48,049 nucleotides of DNA from a virus. Below the pieces are notes generated by a model. That model was given only the letters and a program-made list of their open reading frames with translations, was not told where the DNA came from and did no database searches. The translations under genes and the position numbers were made by a program. Below are positions 41,495 to 48,049 of this stretch, piece by piece (position 1 is the first letter of the stretch; every line of letters starts with the position of its first letter). The stretch lies in IMG/VR virus record IMGVR_UViG_3300045988_024716; one strand, given 5' to 3'.

Positions 41495-42141
41495 TGAAGC
41501 TGCAAGAAGCCGAGATCCTGAAACTGCTGCCAGCATGGATGAGGGACGACGGCAGCGTCAAGGGACTCGCTGAAGGCACCGACGAAGTCACCCGGGCTCT
41601 GGCTGCGAGGATCAAGCTCATGAGCAGGTGGAACCAGATCGACCAGCTCGACGAGCAGACCCTCGACGAGATGGCGTGGGAGCTGAACATCCAGTGGTAT
41701 GACAGCACGGCCTCGATCGAGGCCAAGCGGGCCGTCATCCGCAACAGCGACCTCGTCTACTCCAAGCTCGGCACCCGCTACGCTGTGGAACAGATCGTCC
41801 GGGACTATTTTCGCACCGGCGAGGTGCGCGAGTGGTACGAGTACGGCGGCGAGCCCCACCATTTCAAAGTCCTGAGCGACAACCCCGAGCTCGTCAACAA
41901 TAACCTCGAGCTTTTCCTGAAGCTGCTCGGCGTCGTGAAGCGCCGCAGCTCGTGGCTCGACGCGATCCTGATCTGCCTCACCGGCGAAATGTTTCTTTCC
42001 TCCGGCATGGCTGTCCGGGAGCACTCCCACGAGGAGCACGTCATGGGCTGCGACGAGATCTACCTCTACACCGGGGCAGTCGTCCACGACAACAACCGGG
42101 AGACCGTGACCATCGGCACCGGCGAGCTCATCGCAGAATAA
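41494..42141 (+). CDS. Tail protein I (P2 gpI-like)
   Basis: LLPAWMRDD....LA........W.QID.L.EQTLDEMAWELNIQWYD...S.E.KRAVIRNS..VYSKLGTRYAVEQIV. Confidence 0.75.
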   Translation: MKLQEAEILKLLPAWMRDDGSVKGLAEGTDEVTRALAARIKLMSRWNQIDQLDEQTLDEMAWELNIQWYDSTASIEAKRAVIRNSDLVYSKLGTRYAVEQIVRDYFRTGEVREWYEYGGEPHHFKVLSDNPELVNNNLELFLKLLGVVKRRSSWLDAILICLTGEMFLSSGMAVREHSHEEHVMGCDEIYLYTGAVVHDNNRETVTIGTGELIAE

Positions 42142-42159
42142 CGCAGAAAGGAGAAGCGC

Positions 42160-42909
42160 ATGGCTGCATTTATCAACAACGACATCACGGCTGCCGGTCT
42201 GATCGTCCTCGCAAAGGGCGCAGCCGGCCAGAAAATCACCTACACCAAGATCGTCCTCGGCGACGGCTACCTCGAGGAGGGCCAGACGCCCCGCTCCCTC
42301 ACCGGCGTGGTCAGCCCGAAGGCGGTCATTGACATCACCAAGCTGAAGGTCAACACCGACGGCACCGTGGCGGTCGGCGGCATCTTCACCAACGACCAGA
42401 CGAGCGACGGCTTTTTCTACCGCGAGCTGGGCCTCTACGCAGAGGATCCCGACCCGGCCGTCGGCGAGGTGCTGTACTGCTACGGCAACTGCGGCGACCT
42501 CGCTGAGTGGATCCCGCCCACCGGCGGCGCCACCATCGTCGAGAAAACCATCGACATCGTCACCGCGATCGGCACAGCCACCAACGTCACCGCCTACATC
42601 CCGGCCGACGCCTACGCAACCAAGGAGGACTACGAGACCTACAAGGCCATCGCCCTCGCAGCGCAGGCCATCGCCAACGAGGCCATCGAGATCGCCCGGC
42701 AGGCCGTCCAGACGGCCAACGAAGCCAAGCAGGCCACGATCGACCTCAACAAGGCCGTGACGCAGAACACCAGCAAGATCCAAACCCTGTGGGACGCCGT
42801 TTTCAGCGAAATCACGAGCAACCCCTTCCAGATCACATTTGTGGATTTGTCTGGCATCACCCTGAGCTCCGGCATCTGGAACGCTACACTCCAGCGGCTC
42901 GAGTGCTAA
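42160..42909 (+). CDS. Tail fibre protein with an N-terminal tail-collar fibre domain and a C-terminal ..RLEC module
   Basis: ITAAGLIVLAKGAAGQKITYTKIVLGDG.......P.SLTGVVSP resembles the P2 gpH N-terminus / DUF3751. The last 40 aa are paralogous to the end of ORF 44862. Confidence 0.75.
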   Translation: MAAFINNDITAAGLIVLAKGAAGQKITYTKIVLGDGYLEEGQTPRSLTGVVSPKAVIDITKLKVNTDGTVAVGGIFTNDQTSDGFFYRELGLYAEDPDPAVGEVLYCYGNCGDLAEWIPPTGGATIVEKTIDIVTAIGTATNVTAYIPADAYATKEDYETYKAIALAAQAIANEAIEIARQAVQTANEAKQATIDLNKAVTQNTSKIQTLWDAVFSEITSNPFQITFVDLSGITLSSGIWNATLQRLEC

Positions 42910-42945
42910 GGCTGCCGGCAGAAATCACACGAAAGGAGGCTGCGA

Positions 42946-43290
42946 ATGTATAGAGGCACCACACCGACCATCACCATCAACTGTGACATCGACGCCAGCG
43001 AGTTCGTGACCATGTGGGTGACTTTCCGCGTCCAGAAGCGGAGCACCTACGGCCAGCCGCAGGAAGTCGAGATCACCAAGCGCCTCGAGGACGAAGGCGT
43101 GGACGTCGACGGTCAGGTCATCAGCATCACCCTCACGCAGGCCGACACGCTGCTGCTCGGCTCGCTGGATCCCGAAACGGATCAGACCGTGGAGGTGCAG
43201 ATCCGCGGCAAGACGGCAGACGGGAGGGCCTTCGCCAGCAACATCATGACGGCGCCGGTCAGCCGGATCCTGAAGGACGGGCAGATCTGA
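42946..43290 (+). CDS. Hypothetical tail-fibre-module protein (114 aa)
   Basis: RBS aaaggagg. Beta-rich composition. Confidence 0.5.
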   Translation: MYRGTTPTITINCDIDASEFVTMWVTFRVQKRSTYGQPQEVEITKRLEDEGVDVDGQVISITLTQADTLLLGSLDPETDQTVEVQIRGKTADGRAFASNIMTAPVSRILKDGQI

Positions 43291-43292
43291 CC

Positions 43293-43694
43293 GTGAGCGT
43301 CGACTTTAAGGCCAAGTTCTCCGGCAGCGCGGAGACATTCTCGGCCACCATGAGCGAGGCACCTGCCGGCATGACGGCCTCCATGAAGGAGACCGGCGGC
43401 GGCACCGCCTCCAACTACCAAACCCTGCGCAACAAGCCGAGGATCAACGGCGTCGAGCTCTCTGGAGACCTGACAGCCGAGGAGCTCGGCATCACCTCAG
43501 ACCAGCACTACACGCACAAGCAGGCGCAGGCTGCGAAGGTCTGGACAATCATCCACGGGCTCGGAAAGCGGCCGTCTGTGACGGTCGTGGACAGCGCCGG
43601 CACGGCCGTCATCGGCGAGATCGAATACCTCGACGACAACACCGTGCGCCTGACGTTCTGCGCTGCCTTTTCCGGGACTGCATACTGCAACTAA
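43293..43694 (+). CDS. Hypothetical tail-fibre-module protein (133 aa)
   Basis: GTG 43293, 3 nt after the previous stop, in the frame of track ORF 43014..43694. Confidence 0.45.
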   Translation: MSVDFKAKFSGSAETFSATMSEAPAGMTASMKETGGGTASNYQTLRNKPRINGVELSGDLTAEELGITSDQHYTHKQAQAAKVWTIIHGLGKRPSVTVVDSAGTAVIGEIEYLDDNTVRLTFCAAFSGTAYCN

Positions 43695-43705
43695 GGAGGT
43701 AAAGC

Positions 43706-44848
43706 ATGAAGTTTTTGACCAACCTCGACCTCAGCCAGAACGAGATCCAGAACGCGGTCATCCAGCCTCTCGCGGCGGCTCCGGCCAACCCCAAGCTCGG
43801 CCAGATCTACTACAACAGCTCCGACTCGCTGCTCTATCAGTACGACGGAGCACAGTGGAAACCCGTCGGCAAGGGCTACGAGCTGCCCACTGCTACCAAG
43901 ACCGCCCTCGGCGGCATCAAGGTGGGCGACCGCCTCAGCGTGGCTGCGGACGGCACGCTCTCGGCTGACAAGCAGACCGACAACAACCTGACCGCCACCC
44001 TGAAGGCCAACTACGACGCCGCATACCAGCACAGTCAGGCCGACCACGCGCCGGCCGACGCCGAGAAGAACGTCCAGAGCGACTGGAACGTGACCGACTC
44101 GACGAGCGACGCCTTCATCAAGAACAAGCCCACGATCCCTTCGCAGGCGTCTGACGTGGGTGCAATTCCCACCAGCCAGAAGGGCGCAGCCGGCGGCGTG
44201 GCAGAGCTGGACAGCTCCGGCCATGTTCCTGCCGATCAGCTCCCGAGCTATGTGGACGACGTCATCGACGCCTACATCGTGAGCGGGGCCACGGCCTTCT
44301 CGTCCGGCTGGCTGTCTGCGAGCGACGGCGGCGCAGCTCTGACGCCCGAGTCTGGCAAGGTCTACATCATCCTGACGGCCGGCCAGTACGAGGCGCAGAC
44401 CTACCGCTGGAGCGGCACCGTCTACGCGCCGATCGGCAACGATCTGGCCCTCGGCGAGACAGAGAACACCGCATACCGCGGCGACCGCGGCAAGGTGGCA
44501 TACGAGCACAGTCAGGCGCAGCACGCGCCGGCCGACGCCGAGAAGAACGTGCAGGCCGACTGGAATGTGGAGGACACCAACAGCGACGCCTACATCCGGA
44601 ACAAGCCGACCATCCCGAAGGCCGTCACCAAGACCGTGCAAACCATGACCGCCGCAACGACCGCGACCTACACAGTCAGCGGCTACATTGTCAGCGTCGT
44701 GCTGATCGACAGCGTCACCAAGGAGCAGATCATGGGTGACCTGAGCTTCGACAACGCCACGGCCTCAGCCAACAGCAAAGTGACCGTGACCTTCTCGGCA
44801 GCTCCTACCAACCCTGTCCTCGTAATCATCACCAGCGTCGCGCTGTAA
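43706..44848 (+). CDS. Tail fibre protein with an internal duplicated 37-aa motif
   Basis: MKFLTNLDLSQNEIQNAVIQPLAAAP.NPKLGQIYYNS....LYQYDG..W is a common fibre N-terminus. Contains two ..DWNV.D..SDA(F/Y)I(K/R)NKPTIP repeats. Confidence 0.75.
   Translation: MKFLTNLDLSQNEIQNAVIQPLAAAPANPKLGQIYYNSSDSLLYQYDGAQWKPVGKGYELPTATKTALGGIKVGDRLSVAADGTLSADKQTDNNLTATLKANYDAAYQHSQADHAPADAEKNVQSDWNVTDSTSDAFIKNKPTIPSQASDVGAIPTSQKGAAGGVAELDSSGHVPADQLPSYVDDVIDAYIVSGATAFSSGWLSASDGGAALTPESGKVYIILTAGQYEAQTYRWSGTVYAPIGNDLALGETENTAYRGDRGKVAYEHSQAQHAPADAEKNVQADWNVEDTNSDAYIRNKPTIPKAVTKTVQTMTAATTATYTVSGYIVSVVLIDSVTKEQIMGDLSFDNATASANSKVTVTFSAAPTNPVLVIITSVAL
44030..44139 (+). repeat. Intragenic direct repeat, copy 1 (HSQADHAPADAEKNVQSDWNVTDSTSDAFIKNKPTIP)
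   Basis: Aligns with 44507-44616 over 110 bp with scattered substitutions. Confidence 0.85.
44507..44616 (+). repeat. Intragenic direct repeat, copy 2 (HSQAQHAPADAEKNVQADWNVEDTNSDAYIRNKPTIP)
   Basis: Aligns with 44030-44139. Confidence 0.85.
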
Positions 44849-44861
44849 GGAGGGCCGGGCC

Positions 44862-45080
44862 ATGAAACACTACGGAGCCGTCGAGGATCCCAAGGATCTC
44901 ACGACGAAGGAATACGTCGACACGGCTGACGCAGTTCTCAAGGTCAAGGTCGACGCCCTATGGGACGCGATTTTTGTAGACATCACCGCCAACCCCTTCC
45001 AGATCACCTTCGAGACCCTCGAGGGCGTCACAGTGACGACCGGCATCTGGAACGAGAGCTACGCGAGGCTCGAGTGCTGA
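44862..45080 (+). CDS. Small fibre-associated protein (72 aa) consisting mostly of the ..RLEC module
   Basis: LWDAIFVDITANPFQITFETLEGVTVTTGIWNESYARLEC versus LWDAVFSEITSNPFQITFVDLSGITLSSGIWNATLQRLEC at 42787-42909. Confidence 0.55.
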   Translation: MKHYGAVEDPKDLTTKEYVDTADAVLKVKVDALWDAIFVDITANPFQITFETLEGVTVTTGIWNESYARLEC

Positions 45081-45340
45081 TGCGCGGCGGCTATGACTAC
45101 ACCCCGATCCCGCTGAGCGAGGCGTCCTGCATCATCGCCCACCTGTTCGCCGAGCTGGCGCTGCCATGCTCCTGCTGCAACAGGGAGGACAACGACGAGA
45201 TCGTCATACAGGGCACCGCCTACGACGGAACCGGGGCCAAGATCATCATCAAAGGCAAGGAGGTGAGGTACTACGGCAAGCAACGGACACTCGCGGCAAT
45301 ACGAGCGGGCCAATGTAGGCCGCCCGCCCTTCGGCCGTGA
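45080..45340 (+). CDS. Hypothetical Cys-containing protein (86 aa) between the fibre genes and avd
   Basis: ATGA-coupled ORF. LPCSCCNRED motif. No family recognised. Confidence 0.4.
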   Translation: MRGGYDYTPIPLSEASCIIAHLFAELALPCSCCNREDNDEIVIQGTAYDGTGAKIIIKGKEVRYYGKQRTLAAIRAGQCRPPALRP

Positions 45341-45353
45341 GAAACTGCCAGAG

Positions 45354-45740
45354 ATGCAGGTCATCACCGACGCCAAGGAGCTGCGAAAGCACACATACAA
45401 GAAGGTCAGAAACACCAACATCTTCCCGAAAAAGGACAGGCTGCTCGCCGACAAAATGTTCGACGAGGCAGCCGATCTGGTGGCTGACCTGATGGAGGCC
45501 AACGACCACCTCCTGACCGACCCGGAGGAGCGGGAGCTGCGCTTCAGGGCGCAGCGGTCGGCTCTGCGTAACTGCCGCAAGCTGATCGACAACATCGAGT
45601 TCGCCCACGAGAACCTCCCGGGCGTGACCGATGACGCCTTCGCCTTCTGGTCAAGACTGGCGGCCGGGGTCAAGAACCAGACCGCCGCATGGTACAAAAA
45701 AGATAGAGAAAGGGCTGCCAAGCTGGTCACAAAGACCTAA
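45354..45740 (+). CDS. avd: DGR accessory variability determinant (Avd)-like four-helix-bundle protein
   Basis: 128 aa, basic, helical. IFPKKDRLLADKMFDEAADLVADLMEAN...R......L..L..L...IEFA.E......F..W......V.N...AWYKKDR matches the Avd/four-helix-bundle pattern. Lies immediately upstream of TR and RT. Confidence 0.75.
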   Translation: MQVITDAKELRKHTYKKVRNTNIFPKKDRLLADKMFDEAADLVADLMEANDHLLTDPEERELRFRAQRSALRNCRKLIDNIEFAHENLPGVTDDAFAFWSRLAAGVKNQTAAWYKKDRERAAKLVTKT

Positions 45741-45772
45741 CAGCAGCCCCGTGGGGTATGCCTTGTTTTTTC

Positions 45773-45867
45773 GTGCCGGGTCGGCCAACAACGCCCGCAA
45801 CGTCAACACCGATGGCACGCTGAACAGGAACAACGCCTACAACGGCAACAACGGCCTGCGCCCCGCT
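45773..45867 (+). repeat. DGR template repeat (TR): 25 adenines including 10 AAC codons
   Basis: 95-bp repeat of VR1 and 79-bp repeat of VR2. All differences are at TR adenines. Located between avd and RT. Confidence 0.92.
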
Positions 45868-46059
45868 TCGATGGATCGCTCGACTTATTAACCGGCCGAG
45901 AGGCCGGCGAACACAATGCACCATCATCCAAGGAAGGCATATCCCTCCCGCAGCCGCGGCCGTCTGACCGGCCGGGTCATGGGTAAACACAGGACTGCTG
46001 ATGCTGCCGGCGGCGCACGCAAAGCGTGGCCGGGGCTATCCACGGCAGAGATTTTTAAC

Positions 46060-47280
46060 ATGGAGAACCAAGTCAACAGCTTCGTCGCCCTTTACAAAGC
46101 GTACCAGAAAACACGCTGCGGAAAGCGCGACAACCCGACCGCCATGCGCTACCGCATGGAGGCCATCGAGCGCACCGCTGACCTCTCGGATCGGCTTCAG
46201 AGGCGGGACTATACCTTCGGCCCCTACTACCCCTTCAAGGTGTACGAGCCCAAGGAGCGCCTCGTCCTCGCCATTGACTTCGAGGGGAAGGTCGTGCAGC
46301 ACTCCCTCTGTGACAACGTCCTCGAGCCCTGCTTCTCCCGGCGCTTCATCCGGGACAACTACGCAGGACAGATCGGCAAAGGCACGCACGACGGCCTCGA
46401 CCGTCTGGCTGACGCCATGCGCCACTATTTCTTCAGCCGCAAGGCAGCAGACGAAGCAGCCCGCAGAGCTGCCGGCCTGCCATACCGGCCGATGGAGGAA
46501 TGGGACTACGCGGACGGCTGGGTGCTCAAGGGAGATTTTTCAAAGTTCTTTTATACACTCGTCCACGCCATCTGCTTCGAGAAAGCAAAGAAGGCGCTCG
46601 CCTTCCTGTCCGATCCCGAGCTCCGGGACTTCGTCGAGTGGCTGCTGTGGCTCATAATCGACAGCACGCCAGATCCGGGCATCCCGATCGGCAACCAGAG
46701 CAGCCAGCTCCTCGCGCTGCTATATCTGGACGACTTCGACCACTGGCTGCGCGACGACCTCGGCCTCGTCTACGGCCGATACATGGACGACTTCTACATC
46801 ATCAGCAGCGACAAGCTGCTGCTCCGCAGGATCCTGAAGGAGATCGAGGACTACATCAAGCCCCTCGGCCTGCGGCTGAACAACAAGACGCAGATCTTCC
46901 CGCTGAAGAACGGCATCGACTTCCTCGGTTTTCACACCTACCTCACGAGCACGGGCAAGGTGGTCAGAAAAGTGAGGGCCAAGAGCATCGACAACATGAA
47001 GCGGAAGATCCGCAAGTACCGCGGCCTCGTGGACTCCGGCAGGATGACGCTCGAGAGCGTCCTCCAGTCCTACGCGAGCTGGTGCGGCCATATTTCCCAC
47101 GGGAACACCTACCACCTGCGGCAGAACATGGACGCCTACTTCTTCGGCTACTTCCCGGAGCTGAGGCCAACACCGAAAGGAGAAAACACACATGGCCCAA
47201 AAACTGAGCAACCTCGCAAACAAGTCGAAGGTGAAGTTCGGCACCATTCACGGCAAGCCGATCATCTGGCTCGTGGCTGA
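46060..47280 (+). CDS. DGR reverse transcriptase
   Basis: YKAYQKTRCGKR....MRY......L...L....Y.FGPYYPFKVYEPKERLVLAIDFEGKVVQHSL ... GIPIGNQSSQLLALLYL ... GRYMDDFYIIS (YxDD box) ... GLRLN.KTQIF....GIDFLGF. The maximal ORF starts at 45916; ATG 46060 fits the conserved N-terminus. Confidence 0.92.
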   Translation: MENQVNSFVALYKAYQKTRCGKRDNPTAMRYRMEAIERTADLSDRLQRRDYTFGPYYPFKVYEPKERLVLAIDFEGKVVQHSLCDNVLEPCFSRRFIRDNYAGQIGKGTHDGLDRLADAMRHYFFSRKAADEAARRAAGLPYRPMEEWDYADGWVLKGDFSKFFYTLVHAICFEKAKKALAFLSDPELRDFVEWLLWLIIDSTPDPGIPIGNQSSQLLALLYLDDFDHWLRDDLGLVYGRYMDDFYIISSDKLLLRRILKEIEDYIKPLGLRLNNKTQIFPLKNGIDFLGFHTYLTSTGKVVRKVRAKSIDNMKRKIRKYRGLVDSGRMTLESVLQSYASWCGHISHGNTYHLRQNMDAYFFGYFPELRPTPKGENTHGPKTEQPRKQVEGEVRHHSRQADHLARG

Positions 47281-48049
47281 CAAGAACCACGCGGGCTACC
47301 CTTCCAACAGCGTGACACTGGTCACGAACCAGATCATCAAAATGCTGTGCTTCGACGCGAAGGAAAGCGCGAACAGCAACAGCGACCGCAGAAGCTACGG
47401 CAACAACAGGTACATCTACTCGAACCTGCGCCAGTGGCTCAACAGCGCGGCCGCTGCCGGCGCGTGGTACACCGCACAGCACTCCGCTGATGCAGCGCCT
47501 ACCTCCGGCAACGTCTGGAACGGCTACAACGCCTACGACGGCCTCGCCGGCTTCCTGAACGCTTTCACGGCCGACGAACGTGCGGCCCTGCTCGATACCA
47601 CCATCACGGTCGGCAAGAGCTCCACTGACGGCGGCGGGACGGAGACCTGCACCGACAAGATCTTCCCGCTGTCCTGCACTGAGGTCGGCCTCTCCGGCGA
47701 CCATACCTGCGGCAGCAAGCTGGCGATCTTCAGCGACAACAGCAGCCGCATCGCAACCGTGACGGCTGAGTGCGTCGCCAACTCCAACTACAACAGCAAC
47801 CCGGCCGCAAATGCCGCGTGGTACTACTGGCTGCGCGACGCCTATGCCGGGTCGGCCCTCAACGCCCGCCTCGTCGTCACCGATGGCACGCTGTACAGGG
47901 ACGGCGCCTACTACGGCATCGACGGCCTGCGCCCCGCTTGTAATCTTTCCTCTGATCTCCTTGTCTCCGACTCCACCGACTCGGACGGCTGCTGCACGGT
48001 CATCTACAATCAGGCGCCCACCGCGCCGAGCACCATCAACGTGCCGAGC
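47192..48049 (+). CDS. 5' part of the DGR target / tail-fibre-like protein carrying VR1 (continues at 1..907 on the circle)
   Basis: ATG 47192 after aaaggag. No stop before the window end. DKIFPLSCTEVG..., AWYYWLRDAYAGSALNARLVVTDGTLYRDGAYYGIDGLRPAC. Overlaps the RT 3' end by 89 nt. Confidence 0.85.
   Translation, partial: MAQKLSNLANKSKVKFGTIHGKPIIWLVADKNHAGYPSNSVTLVTNQIIKMLCFDAKESANSNSDRRSYGNNRYIYSNLRQWLNSAAAAGAWYTAQHSADAAPTSGNVWNGYNAYDGLAGFLNAFTADERAALLDTTITVGKSSTDGGGTETCTDKIFPLSCTEVGLSGDHTCGSKLAIFSDNSSRIATVTAECVANSNYNSNPAANAAWYYWLRDAYAGSALNARLVVTDGTLYRDGAYYGIDGLRPACNLSSDLLVSDSTDSDGCCTVIYNQAPTAPSTINVPS
47845..47939 (+). repeat. DGR variable region VR1 (matches TR 45773-45867)
   Basis: 95-bp alignment with 13 mismatches, all at TR adenines (for example aac->ctc, gtc, tac, gac, ggc, atc). 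Confidence 0.92.
47995..48049. repeat. Terminal overlap, second copy of bases 1-55
   Basis: Identical 55-mer. Confidence 0.9.

Noticed and set aside
45916-46059. N-terminal 48-aa extension of the RT ORF (MHHHPRKAYPSRSRGRLTGRV...).
   Set aside because: The extension is Arg/Pro-rich and unlike RT N-termini. The conserved DGR-RT start (..FVALYKAYQKTRCGKR..) follows ATG 46060. The region more plausibly belongs to the non-coding TR-spacer RNA. It is kept as an alternative start only.
46060-47280. The RT as a retron, group II intron or Abi-type defence reverse transcriptase.
   Set aside because: An adjacent TR with two adenine-mutagenised VR copies and an Avd-like gene explain it fully as a DGR RT. 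No intron RNA domains, maturase/endonuclease domains or msr/msd-like repeats were seen.
1-48049. CRISPR arrays, tRNA/tmRNA genes, rRNA, attL/attR host junctions, toxin-antitoxin pairs and known multi-gene defence systems.
   Set aside because: Scanning by eye showed no spaced direct-repeat arrays, no cloverleaf-like segments in the few non-coding gaps and no host-like flanking genes. Absence cannot be proven without tRNAscan, CRISPR-finder or DefenseFinder runs.

Overview
GC-rich 48,049-bp window that appears to be one complete, circularly closed genome of a temperate-looking contractile-tailed phage or prophage. Bases 1-55 are identical to 47995-48049, giving a unit length of 47,994 bp. GGAGG-type ribosome-binding sites suggest a Gram-positive (Clostridia-like) host. 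Only one convincing gene lies on the minus strand.

Gene order:
- Lysis cassette: three small membrane/holin-type proteins plus an amidase_2/SH3 endolysin (1.4-3.6 kb).
- Accessory/lysogeny island (3.7-6.9 kb): a minus-strand DUF4236-TM2-SWIM membrane protein, two XRE regulators behind near-consensus promoters with palindromic operators, an IS30-family DDE transposase, and a stand-alone paralog of its HTH domain.
- A block of unknown early genes.
- Recombination/replication/DNA-modification module: DnaQ-like exonuclease, SleB-like hydrolase, Gam/Gp157-like protein, ERF, SSB, replisome organizer, DnaC-like loader, DUF4406-like protein, RecU, MT-A70 methylase, OGG-like glycosylase, ParB-methylase.
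- A late-regulator candidate.
- A lambda-like cos packaging and head module: Nu1, GpA, W-like, portal B, ClpP-type protease/scaffold, D, E.
- A P2/PBSX-like sheath-tube-baseplate module and tail fibres.

Main discovery: a complete diversity-generating retroelement (avd 45354-45740, TR 45773-45867, RT 46060-47280) with two variable regions.
- VR1 (47845-47939) lies in the adjacent tail-fibre-like gene that wraps over the window junction.
- VR2 (9772-9850) is remote, inside a small gene in the early, non-structural region.
- All 13 (VR1) and 17 (VR2) mismatches to the TR fall on TR adenines.

Other points worth follow-up:
- No tyrosine or serine integrase is visible; the IS30-type transposase is the only recombinase candidate.
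- A G9 homopolymer sits inside the MT-A70 gene.
- A consensus promoter is followed immediately by an intrinsic terminator.
- A perfect 24-bp palindrome lies in a T-depleted putative cos region.
- A 40-aa C-terminal module is duplicated in two fibre-region proteins.

All functional calls come from reading motifs in the translated ORFs by eye. No database search was run.
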